Positions 52,889-62,837 of a DNA stretch of 64,000 bases are shown one piece after another. Source of the stretch: Phyllosticta citribraziliensis (Eukaryota); NCBI RefSeq assembly GCF_038025025.1, contig NW_027117341.1, positions 248,001-312,000 on the forward strand, written 5' to 3'. The notes beneath the pieces were generated by a model, which was given only the letters and a program-made list of their open reading frames with translations, was not told the origin of the DNA and made no database searches. Each line of letters begins with the position of its first letter. Position 1 is the first letter of the stretch. The translations under genes and the position numbers were made by a program.

Positions 52889-54637
52889 CTAGCCAGAAGT
52901 CTTCGGCTTCTTGGGATGCGGATTCGGCGACTTGTCGGACGTCAAGTCCTTCCGAGAGCGACTGCGACCAGAGCGATCCGGTGGTTCAGATGGCGGAGCC
53001 ATGGAGCCTGGTATCTTTGCCAAGGCATCAAGGGCCTCACAGATGAGATCTCCGTGCATTGGTGCCCAAATCTTGTAGATGTTCTTGACCAGCTTGTAAC
53101 TCGCCCACCGGTCGCTGGGGAAATTGAAAGAGGCGACTTGGTGGCGGTAAAAGGTTGGAGATTTCTCGCGTACGTCATGCGCGAGGTGGGCGTATATCTC
53201 TACCGTCGTATTGTCGTATACTGCGGAGAAACAGAGGATTTGTCGTTGGAGTTTATCCTCTAAACTTGCTCGTTGGAAAAGCTCGATGAGTCCCCGAGAG
53301 GCAATCAAGGCCGTCTCGAGGCTTTGGTTCCGAGCTTCCGAGATATCGCCCGACGTCCCTTTCGCCTCGCAGGTGAAAAAGGGAAAGTACTGCTCTTCGC
53401 AGCCCCGACTGAAACTGCATTCACGGGTCGGACCAAGCCGCGCTATCGCCCCAAGCTGATTATCATTGAATCTGGACCAGTAAAATCCGGCGGTGTAGTC
53501 GGGTTTCGGGCAATTGGACGCGAGGATCGGAATGCAATGAGACCAGACATCATCAACTGACTCAGTCAGGTGCTCCAAGCTGTTGTAGTCCAGATAATTA
53601 AGGTGGTCCACATGTGGCACGACGAAAGGTCCAACATCTTGAACAACTTTTGCCTCGTTCTTCCCTTTGGTCTTGCGGCCTACAAGCTCAAGGACTCTCT
53701 CATCAAAGAAGGATGGGACGGACTGTTCCTGTGTTTTAAGTTGCTGAACGAGTTTCTCGGCTTCATCAGGGAGGCCTCCCACTGGTGCTCGACTGTGCTT
53801 TATGAAAAACATTTGGACAGGGTCGTCCTTCAACAGGCGAGCTCTGGTTTCGGGAGAGTCCGATCCCGGATCTGAGATATCGAGGTTCCATATCTCTTTG
53901 CTGTAGTTCCTTCGGTCCTTCTTTCTCGTTGACGAAGAGCGGCTCACACTACTCATTATGGAAGGTCCGTCAGACTCGAAGAAATTGGACGGCCAGACAA
54001 GGTGTTTCCGCCAGTAGTCGACAGGATTAGTTTCCTCCTGCTCCTCTTGCCGGGAATCTGTAGGGAAACACCGTGGAGCGTCTATGGTAGCAGGGACAGG
54101 TGTAGGGGATTGTCGTGTTTCTAGTTTGTGTCGATGTGGAGATGGATACGCGTCGTCTTCTTCGGATCTTGTTCGTTTCTGGGCTGTACCTCGCTCAATT
54201 GGTGGGGGAGAGGAGCATTCAACTGTCTGCCCTTCGTCTTTAATCGATCTTCTCTTCTGACCTGACGCTTGTTGATTCGATGGTGGAGAAGGGGAGTTTT
54301 CCGCGGCGTGCTCGGCGTCTTCGTACCGTTTCCGTTTTCGTCCGGTATTTTGTGCTGGATCGAGTGGACGAGCCTGGCACGCCAGTCAATTGATGCCTGT
54401 CTACTCACAAGGTGTAGAGACATACCTCTGAGGTGTTCTGGTCTCTGAAGGGAGCAATTGACGTTTCGAGAGATTGGGACGAAGTACTGTTCCGAAGGCG
54501 TGCGCTTCGGCGAGGACTGGCAGTTTGGTGGCCTCTTGAGGCTACAACGCGTCAGCGAAAGCGCGTAAAGCGCGGCGGGGAAGCGGTTGCTCACCTTCTG
54601 GCCGAGGATGCGAAGGAGAAGTTAATGTTCGAGGCAT
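52889..54637 (-). CDS. PD-(D/E)xK-like nuclease-fold protein (DUF7924-like), copy A, catalytic motif intact
   Basis: Three-exon model 54637-54595, 54541-54426, 54373-52889 (GTGAG and GTATGT donors, frame continuous). Motifs RRSARL, RKRKR, YWRKHLVWP, PKPDYTAGF, YFPFFTCEAKG, ARNQ. Family name from memory. Confidence 0.8.
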
Positions 54638-54788
54638 TCTGAAAGCATGGACAGCGCGACTTTAAAGGGAGAGCGCGGACTGGACAAGGAGGGTGAAGAG
54701 CGTGCAGGAGCAAGACGACGTTGAAGGTATCCATGTAAGGTAGGTGGACGACCAGGGTCGCGCACGGATCACAACCTTAAAGTGGGAG

Positions 54789-54862
54789 GCGCCCCGCGTG
54801 GCTAGCGCTTCGCCGCACGCGCGCTGATTGGCTGGTTGCCGCTGTAGCGCGCGGATCCGCAG
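54789..54862 (-). promoter_or_regulatory. Conserved two-part upstream element, copy A
   Basis: + strand GCGCCCCGCGTGGCT...AGCGCGCGGATCCGCAG, matching the blocks upstream of copies B and C. Confidence 0.65.
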
Positions 54863-55349
54863 ACATCGAGGTCGAAGCTCAAGCGATTGGAGCTGACGCC
54901 TCCAAACCATCAAAATGGGCGCGTTTCTCGTCGAAGCGATGAGCATAGCCCTCCACCCAGGCGTCAAAAGATGGCGAGCCTCGATTGGCCAATGCAGCTG
55001 ACACCCGCAGTCGCGTGTTGTATCAGGCACGCGCCAGTCTACGCCGCACACGTTGAATCAGGCAGAACCCGACAGCAACACTTCTCGACACAGCATTGGA
55101 GGCAGTGCTTCGGAAGCGAAAAGCGCTGACCTCTATGTAGGTCTTTCTGTCCGAAGAACGCGCATGAGCATCGCCTCATACAGGAAAATCAGCTGAAGTC
55201 TTTGCAGGCATTTTCAAAACCGCATTTCGATTGGCGCTTTGCTATTGATAGGCTGCCTGGCGTTTGCTTGATCTATCGGCACACCTTGAGCCACAATGCC
55301 AGTAGGTATCCACCGCCTCCTCCACAGATCAACACCCTGCGTCCTCAGG

Positions 55350-57884
55350 TCAGGAGGTAGACTTTGCTACGGAATCGTTGTTCGATAGAGATTTCGTGTG
55401 GTCAGCAGACTGTGGAGCCGGAGGCTGTGGTTGGCTTGTGTCAACAGTGTCCACCGGCTCCCTATCCGCTGGTGCTGGTGTAGAGACCTTGGGCTTCCTC
55501 GCCAAGCTGTCAATCGCCGAACAAATGCGCGCGTGGTGCATGGGTGCGAAGACCTTATATATGTTCTTGAAGAACCTGTAGCTAACTTCCCAGCCTTGTG
55601 TCATGTAATGCGAAGTAAAGACCTGGTGCCGATAGAACCGCAAGCACTGACCGTCGGAGTTGTACAAGTCCGGGACGTCTGCAAAGTGCACATACATGTG
55701 TATTCTGTCGACCGTATAAACGGCAGAGAAGGCGAGAATCTCGCGGTGGATTTCGGGGGCGCGATTGGCGGCTCTGAACAACTCGACCACGCCGCGCATT
55801 GCGACCAGCGTGTTTGCGATATTGAAATTCTCGGCGTGTGCAAAAGAATGGCTCTTCGGTTCCACAGTCAAAAAGGGAAGGTACATGTCCTCGGCGAGCC
55901 AGAAGAGGCTGTGGTACTTGTCGACGCCGAGGTCGCGATTCAATTCGATGAGAATTAAGCGTTGGCTTCTGGTAAAGGCGTACTCACGATGGAAACCGGC
56001 GGCGTAGTAGGGTTTGGGAGGGTAGGTTTTATGGATTGAGGCGCACATAGACCAGGTTTCATCGATTGTTTCGGTGAGGTATTTTAGACTGTCGTCGCCG
56101 TTTGCGAAGAGGGTCTCCGCGCGTGGTGCTACTTTTGGCCCTATGTTGATGGCAATATCCGTCCGACTAGAGCCAGAGCCTCTCATTCTCTCAAGGATTC
56201 GCGCGAATTCGTTTTCAGACGCGGAGTCCGGTACGGATTGCTCGGTCTGTGTCAATTTCCGACAAATCTCTTCGGCTGAGCTGGAGAGCCCCTCTCCTGG
56301 GTCGCGCGAATGATCTTGTAAAAACCATATTCCCTTTTGGTTTTTAAGAAGGTGTTTTCTAGCTTCTGACGAGCCCGTAGAACGGAACATTGCTGAGCGT
56401 TCTGAAATAAATGAAGGCTCTGAGGGTCCTGCGTCCAGCTCTGGCAGAGACAGACTCCAAGCTACTGTTATTTTTGGGTGAATTCGGATTTTGCGCTGAG
56501 AATCACTTCTCGAAATTGAGCGGAGAATGTCTTCTTTTGTAGGTCTGCCAGACTCAAAGTATTTGGTTGGCCACGAGTGAGTCTTGCTCCAATATCTGAC
56601 AAAGTCATCGTGTGTTGCATTATCCGGAAGAGCGTCCTCATGATTCTGGCCAGAAGCCGTTGGGGATTTTGTTTCGCAGACTTCATTGATGTGCGCCAGA
56701 GTGGATGGTTGTGGGGCTTCTTCGCCGAGTAGTGTGGAGTCGGGAGCCAATTCTGCCTCAATGGTGGGCGTAGCATTGAAAGGAGACGTCATCCCAGGAG
56801 ACAATGCATTTGGTTTTGATACTTGCTGACCTGCAGCGAGACCGTCGATGACTGAGCGGATGCGCTTCAAGTGCATTTGTGCCCAAATTTTGTACAAGCT
56901 CGTAGTAAATTCGTAGCTCAGCCACTTATTCTTTGGCTCCGAACTGAAATCATTGCGCTTGATTAGGACGCTCCCATATCTTGTTTCTTGGTCGCCAATT
57001 TCGACAAAATGGCCGTAGATCGCCACTCTGTGACAATCATATGTGACTGAGAAGAAGAGAACCTCTTGATGAAGCTCGCTCTCTCGCTTGGACCGCCGGA
57101 AAAGCTCTACAACACCGTGCATTGCGACGGCGGCGCTGTGGGTGTTTCTGCGCAAGGCGCCAAGTTCACCCCTCATGGTTGTTACTTGGCAGGCGAGAAA
57201 TGGAAAGTAAAGGGAAGGAGAGACCCTGAATTTACAACGTTGCTCTTCTCGATCGAGCACACGCAGTTGGTCATCGCTGAAAGCCTTCCAGTGGAAGCCC
57301 ACTGCATAGTGGGGTTTTGGAACAAGATCGCAGGTTTTGATGCATGAAGACCAAGGTTCGTCGACTGTCTCCACAAGATTTTTGAGATCTTTGTGACCGG
57401 CTGTGGCGAGATCTTCTGCAGAGGCAACGACCAAGTACCCAATGTCTTTAATGATTCTTGCTTCATGATGACCCTCGAGTCTTGAAATGGTCGTTTGGAA
57501 TTTGTCGTCGTCGAATCTCGATTCGGAAGGGACTTTTTGTCCGGTCTCAAGCAAACTTTGGAAGACATTCTTGCTTGTGTCGGAAGGAGAAATCTCAGAC
57601 CTTTTAAAGAAAGTTTCCAGAGGATGTCGTGAGTTGATGGGGTACTCGTATGGGTCTTCAGAAAACTTTCGCAACGTGGCCAGTTCATTACCTGCGCGTG
57701 GATTATGCTCGACGGGCTCAGGTAGCCAGTCTACCCGCATCCTTTGACGGTCCGGGGACGAAGAGGCTTTGAATTCGCTGCCTCGTTTTCGTTTATGACC
57801 TGCGCTTTTTGACAAATGTCCAGAATCTTCATTCGTTTTCTGCATCTCGGCTCCGTCAGGTGCCGGGGCTTGTGCGACTGTCAT
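55350..57884 (-). CDS. Double-domain DUF7924-like protein, copy B, both domains degenerate
   Basis: 844-aa ORF with HKRKR. Domain 1: PKPHYAVGF/YFPFLACQVT. Domain 2: YWSKTHSWP, PKPYYAAGF/YLPFLTVEPK. 5' UTR intron 57944-58004. Confidence 0.85.
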   Translation of the reverse strand: MTVAQAPAPDGAEMQKTNEDSGHLSKSAGHKRKRGSEFKASSSPDRQRMRVDWLPEPVEHNPRAGNELATLRKFSEDPYEYPINSRHPLETFFKRSEISPSDTSKNVFQSLLETGQKVPSESRFDDDKFQTTISRLEGHHEARIIKDIGYLVVASAEDLATAGHKDLKNLVETVDEPWSSCIKTCDLVPKPHYAVGFHWKAFSDDQLRVLDREEQRCKFRVSPSLYFPFLACQVTTMRGELGALRRNTHSAAVAMHGVVELFRRSKRESELHQEVLFFSVTYDCHRVAIYGHFVEIGDQETRYGSVLIKRNDFSSEPKNKWLSYEFTTSLYKIWAQMHLKRIRSVIDGLAAGQQVSKPNALSPGMTSPFNATPTIEAELAPDSTLLGEEAPQPSTLAHINEVCETKSPTASGQNHEDALPDNATHDDFVRYWSKTHSWPTKYFESGRPTKEDILRSISRSDSQRKIRIHPKITVAWSLSLPELDAGPSEPSFISERSAMFRSTGSSEARKHLLKNQKGIWFLQDHSRDPGEGLSSSAEEICRKLTQTEQSVPDSASENEFARILERMRGSGSSRTDIAINIGPKVAPRAETLFANGDDSLKYLTETIDETWSMCASIHKTYPPKPYYAAGFHREYAFTRSQRLILIELNRDLGVDKYHSLFWLAEDMYLPFLTVEPKSHSFAHAENFNIANTLVAMRGVVELFRAANRAPEIHREILAFSAVYTVDRIHMYVHFADVPDLYNSDGQCLRFYRHQVFTSHYMTQGWEVSYRFFKNIYKVFAPMHHARICSAIDSLARKPKVSTPAPADREPVDTVDTSQPQPPAPQSADHTKSLSNNDSVAKSTS

Positions 57885-58165
57885 CGCAATTTGGAAAGAA
57901 GTGGTCGCCGTTTTTGAATAGATTGCTTGGTCTGGCGATCTGCCTGGATGAGGGAGTTAGCGAAAGTAACAAACTCTCGACCCGCTTGCTATCCACTGAC
58001 ATACAATGGGAAGGAGATTCAGGCGTCTCGGCGGCCAATGTGTCGAAAAGTATCAGAAAGGACTTGCAAGGAGAAGGGCGTCGAGCGCAAGAGAGTAGGC
58101 AGAACTAGGTAGCAAGCTTCTGAGACAGGCAACAGCGCTCAGCGAAATCGAGCCCTGTCCAGAGA

Positions 58166-58240
58166 GCGTCCTCCGTGGCTGATGCGGCGTCACATCAGAC
58201 GTGGTTAGTTGGTTGGTTGCCGAAGCGCGCGGACCCACAG
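58166..58240 (-). promoter_or_regulatory. Conserved two-part upstream element, copy B
   Basis: + strand GCGTCCTCCGTGGCT...AGCGCGCGGACCCACAG. Confidence 0.7.
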
Positions 58241-58638
58241 CCATCTGATGGGGATACCTGTAGGGAGGCCTGTGCGCCGCTCGCTTCCCGTCCGGTGCTG
58301 GTGACGTTAGTGGTTACTGCGAAGGTACCTACCTAGGTACGACGCTTCAAATTGGTTGCTAAAGTCGTGGCGCACACAACAAGAGTAGGCAAGTTGGGAA
58401 TCGGTATCTTCCATCGAGGAGCATTCGTTTCCTCTAACAGATGACTAACAGGGAGCATTCATAAACTATAGCTCACATTTGATGAGAAAAGCATGAAAGC
58501 CGAGATTGAAGCAAAAAATGACATGAAAGAAGCCCAAGCTAATGCTGCAATCTCGCTTGATGAAAGATGCGATTTTCTCTTCTTGCTCCGCGCCGTCTGA
58601 CTTCAGCGCGGGCTTTTGGCCACTGACTTCCGCACCAA

Positions 58639-60189
58639 TTAATCTTCCGCATCACCAGCAGACTGTGAAGCTGGAGGCGGTGACTTGGTAGTCTCGGCAG
58701 TGTGCAAACGCTCTCCATGTCCTGGTGGTGGAGAGGAGTATCCAGATCCTCTTCCTAACGTTTCGAGAGCAGAGCAAATCCGTTTGTGATGCATTGGGGC
58801 GAAAACTTTGTAGATATTCTTGATGAACTTGTGACTAGCCCATTTGTCACTAAAGAACGACGAGCTGAAGATTTTGTGCCGGTAGAATTTAAGTCGCTGG
58901 CCGTCAAGGACGTCAGCAAAGTGCGCGTACACTACCATCAGGGAGGCGTTGTAGACTGCAGAGAAGGCGAGGACCTCACGGTGGACTTGGTGAGCACAGT
59001 TTGCAGCCCTGAAGAGTTCGATGACCCCGCGCATTCCAATCAACGCGTTTGCAACAGCTGATTGCTCGGCCTCTTTGAAAGAACATGTTGGCTCCACTAT
59101 GCAAAAGGGAAAGCACATGCGCATGGTGACGCGGGCGAATTCTTCCTCCCCTGGGTCGACATCTAAGGCTGACATTGCGTGAATTTGGTTCGTAGAAAAT
59201 GCGCCTGACAAATCGAAGCCGACAGCATAGTAAGGCTTGGGAGGATAGGATTTGTGGATTGAGACGCAGAAAGACCATGCTTGGTCAAATGAGTCGGTCA
59301 GGAACTTGAGACTATCGTCTTCGTCGACCAGGAAAAGCGTAGTCAGGCAAGGTGCTACTATGGGGCCAATGTGCTTCGCAATCCGGGACACATTCCAGGA
59401 TTGACTCTTTTCCACTAACCGTTCAAACTGAACGTCAGAAGCAACTGGTGTCACCGGCTGTTCAGTGTCGATGAGTCTTTGGCAGACCATCTGCGATGCG
59501 CTCGAGAAGCCCTCTTCTGGGTCTTCGGTAGCTATCAGCAAGAACATTTCAGCCCGACGATCGCGAAAAAAGAGCTTTCTGGCCCATAGTGAACGCGTGG
59601 AACGTAAACTGTCCTCGGAGTCTTCAGACTCCTCGGAAGCTGGTTCCAACAACGGTATGTTCAAGTCCCAAGCTTCCACGACTCTCGAATGAGTCCTCGT
59701 AAGAGACCAAAAAAGAGCCGACCTGGTGATTCGGCGAGAACTGAAGTATTTTGGTGGCCAGTTGTGGGTTTTGCACCAGTAGCTGATATGGTCGCGACGC
59801 CGTGACTCTTTTTGGGAGATGTCTCCATATAAATGGCCAAAAATTGGGGCGTGGAATTTTTGTGATCCTGGATTGGTTGGCGTGGAGGACCTCGGAGCTT
59901 GCGTGGCGAGAGCCGTAGGAGTAGAATGCGTGCTACTATCGTCGATAGGCTTAGGAGTGGTATTCCGTAATGTCTTGTTATCGGAAGAATTCGATGGTGA
60001 AAGGTGTTTGCGCGATGCCGTTGAGAATCCAACGTCGCTACTTCGTTTCCGTTTTCTGCTTTCGCCTTGTTGGTATTGCACGATTGGGGGCGCTATTCTG
60101 GCATCTGCATGTCCTTCGTGGAATTCCCCTCCATGATTATTCGAGTCTTGGGCTGCCGCTGCGTCGAGTTGGAAAGGGTTTGTCGCCAT
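58639..60189 (-). CDS. DUF7924-like protein, copy C, degenerate motif
   Basis: 516-aa ORF; RKRKR, YWCKTHNWP, PKPYYAVGF, FPFCIVEPT, HREVLAFS, FAPMHHKRICSA. Confidence 0.85.
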   Translation of the reverse strand: MATNPFQLDAAAAQDSNNHGGEFHEGHADARIAPPIVQYQQGESRKRKRSSDVGFSTASRKHLSPSNSSDNKTLRNTTPKPIDDSSTHSTPTALATQAPRSSTPTNPGSQKFHAPIFGHLYGDISQKESRRRDHISYWCKTHNWPPKYFSSRRITRSALFWSLTRTHSRVVEAWDLNIPLLEPASEESEDSEDSLRSTRSLWARKLFFRDRRAEMFLLIATEDPEEGFSSASQMVCQRLIDTEQPVTPVASDVQFERLVEKSQSWNVSRIAKHIGPIVAPCLTTLFLVDEDDSLKFLTDSFDQAWSFCVSIHKSYPPKPYYAVGFDLSGAFSTNQIHAMSALDVDPGEEEFARVTMRMCFPFCIVEPTCSFKEAEQSAVANALIGMRGVIELFRAANCAHQVHREVLAFSAVYNASLMVVYAHFADVLDGQRLKFYRHKIFSSSFFSDKWASHKFIKNIYKVFAPMHHKRICSALETLGRGSGYSSPPPGHGERLHTAETTKSPPPASQSAGDAED

Positions 60190-60437
60190 TTTTGACGGAA
60201 TATGTTCGTCGCACGGGGTTTCGGCCTGTCTTCAATCAGCAAAAGCAAACGACCTTCCCTGGTGTTGCTTACCATTGACCTGCGATGCGAAAGACATACG
60301 ATTGATCGAGATGTCCAGGAAGCCAAAGTCTTGAAATGGATGTGCGAGGAGAAGGGATCGTAGCGCAAGACTCTTAGGCAAAAGGCCCTTCGTTAGAAGC
60401 GAAACGGTTCCATGAAAGCCAAAATCACATTTGGAGA

Positions 60438-60504
60438 GCGCCCTGCGTGGCTGGTGCGGCGTCATGACTTGGTCAGTTGGCTACTGAAGCGCGCGGATCC
60501 ACAG
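60438..60504 (-). promoter_or_regulatory. Conserved two-part upstream element, copy C
   Basis: + strand GCGCCCTGCGTGGCT...AGCGCGCGGATCCACAG. Confidence 0.7.
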
Positions 60505-61133
60505 CCAGCCCAGAGCCATCCTGCACCGCATGTTGGATGAGGCAGAACTTGTGTGGCACTCTTTTGGCCGTTAGTCGGTGACACTGCCATTTCTGTGTCT
60601 GCTGGGGGCAATTTCAGGGCGAAGAAGCTTGGATCGCCATCGTTGTAGGCTCCAGTCAGAATTTTGGGCCATCAGCAACGCGGGACGGGTATTCTGCCTG
60701 GCTCAGCCATGTGCGGCGCGGGAACGCGCCAACAGGCAGCAGACGCGTTCGATGCCGGTTGGATGATCTTGACTCACAAGGCTTTTGACAAAGAGACGGG
60801 AGGAGACCTGGGAGATGTCGTTGGTTGTCGCGCGTGATGTGCGTGTCGCTGGGAGCGACCGCCGGCCAATCGGGAGACACCTGAAGCGCTGCAAACGCGG
60901 AGAGAAGTCCAAATAAGGTATGGGGCGTGCGTGCCGATCCTTAGCGTTGCCTGCTAAAATTAACCGAAGAACAACAACCCGTCGTCATGTCTTGTCGCCG
61001 AGAGGCGCATTGTACACTCAATATATCTTCGTTCCTGCTCTCGCTTTCAACATGGAGTTGCTCAACATCCCCGAGTCGCTCTTTTCCTTGCGACTTACGC
61101 GTCCACCCACCGGACACAGAACTTCTTGCCAGA

Positions 61134-62609
61134 ATGGACCACTCTGCGGCCCTCAAGCGAAAAAGGCCCTCTGACCTTCAGTCCGGGAATGGGGAATGCG
61201 GACCATCACGTCAGAAGCAATGTCCCAATGACCCAACCAAGGAAGAGGAGTCTACGTCGCTCAGCCATGGAAGACTCCCTACTCAGACACAGAACGATGC
61301 CCCTGCACCAGTTTCCGAATCCGCCGAAAGTGTCCAGTCTCCAGCAGCTGCGCCTGAAATGCCAGAGTTCTTCCGCCCGATTAACTACTGGCGACGACAT
61401 CATCGCTGGCCATCTTATCGTTGCACCGGAGACTGGTGGTCTTTGAACCATTTGCAAGATCTCAAAGTTCCAGAAACGCAAGACGACGAGGATGAGACGG
61501 ACCCTGAGGAAAGCTGTTTTTCTATCCTTCCTGGATACCGAATCAGAAAAAGCGAAGCCCGTTTTAAAACCGTGGACGATATTCCGACAGAGGTTCTGTA
61601 CGAGAATCAGATGCTAAACGCGGGCAATGTGGCTCATTCTACGACAAGAGACGTCTGGTTGCAGGATCAGGAGCATGACTCGAGAGATGAGCTTTCGGAC
61701 GCGAGCGCAGCGCTATGTCGAAGTCTGCTCCAATCAAAGGAGCCGACTCCGACAGGCACTTTGTTTGATGATGAATTCTTCAAGAAGATTTGCAAAGAAC
61801 TGAAATACGAAAGCAAGACCAAGCTCGTCAGCTATGTCGGATCATTGCTTGTTCCTTCTGTTGCAGAGCTCCGCGCAAGGGGCGAGCCCGGTCTTGACAT
61901 TCTCACCGAGACAGTTAGACAAACCTGGCGCAGGTGCATCCCTGTTTTTCCACCATCTCCGGTCCCCGACTTTTCCGTGGGCTTTTATAGAAGAGCCTTG
62001 GGGGCAGAAAGGGAGGCTAAGCTTTGGCCTTATCTTGGCGAAGCACCGGAGACAAGTCCTTTCGCAGCTACGACAAACATGCTGTTTCCTTTCCTCAATG
62101 TCGCAGCTATCGGAACACGTTCTTCGGAACGAATGAATGCTACGGAAGCGGGGCTCCAAAGTACGCATTGTGCAATCATTGCTATGCGTAGTGTTATCGA
62201 ATTATTCCGCTGCGTGAGCCGCGCACACGAAATCAACGGCGAAATCCTCGCCTTTTCTGTCACGTACGACACCAGATGGATCCAGATTTACGGTCATTAT
62301 GCAGATGTATCTGAGAGAAATGTCCATTTTTACAGACATGATATTCTGAGTAACCCCTGGGTCTACAGAGAAAGTTCTGCCGATACGGATAGATGGTTGA
62401 GCTATCAGTTCATCAAAAGTCTGTACAAAGACTGGGCACCACGCCAATTGCAGCGCATTTGCTCGGCGATCGATGATCTCCCCTCTTGGGACGTCTTCAG
62501 GGTCAGTAAATCCCTGCCAGGATCACAGAGTCCACCGCCCGTGGACGAGGAGAAAGAGAAGTTTGCAAATATATGGCCGTCGTTCCTGAAGGGTGGAGAA
62601 CATGACTGA
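61134..62609 (+). CDS. DUF7924-like protein, copy D, inverted, degenerate motif
   Basis: Likely start MDHSAALKRKR (the ORF is open from 60987); YWRRHHRWP, PVPDFSVGF, FPFLNVAAI, EILAFS, IYGHY, QRICSAIDDL. Confidence 0.83.
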   Translation: MDHSAALKRKRPSDLQSGNGECGPSRQKQCPNDPTKEEESTSLSHGRLPTQTQNDAPAPVSESAESVQSPAAAPEMPEFFRPINYWRRHHRWPSYRCTGDWWSLNHLQDLKVPETQDDEDETDPEESCFSILPGYRIRKSEARFKTVDDIPTEVLYENQMLNAGNVAHSTTRDVWLQDQEHDSRDELSDASAALCRSLLQSKEPTPTGTLFDDEFFKKICKELKYESKTKLVSYVGSLLVPSVAELRARGEPGLDILTETVRQTWRRCIPVFPPSPVPDFSVGFYRRALGAEREAKLWPYLGEAPETSPFAATTNMLFPFLNVAAIGTRSSERMNATEAGLQSTHCAIIAMRSVIELFRCVSRAHEINGEILAFSVTYDTRWIQIYGHYADVSERNVHFYRHDILSNPWVYRESSADTDRWLSYQFIKSLYKDWAPRQLQRICSAIDDLPSWDVFRVSKSLPGSQSPPPVDEEKEKFANIWPSFLKGGEHD

Positions 62610-62837
62610 GGGCCACCTGTGCATGGAGTCGCTCACTTGATACCTTAATTCGCCTTGGAAACGGAATTTCTCTACCTCTTTCCTGTGTGGACCACGCTCT
62701 GTAAGCACGTGTACATTACCGACGATGCCATGGTGCTCTATAGTACTCTTTCCTCTGTCCCAAAGTGCAAGGAAGAAATCCCAGACGCCATACAAAAAAA
62801 AAAAAAAAAAGACTATCTTCAAGACGGACCTCTCGCC

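Noticed and set aside
52889..62609. The array as a transposon or Starship element
   Set aside because: No tyrosine recombinase, DDE transposase, terminal repeats or target-site duplication found in the window.
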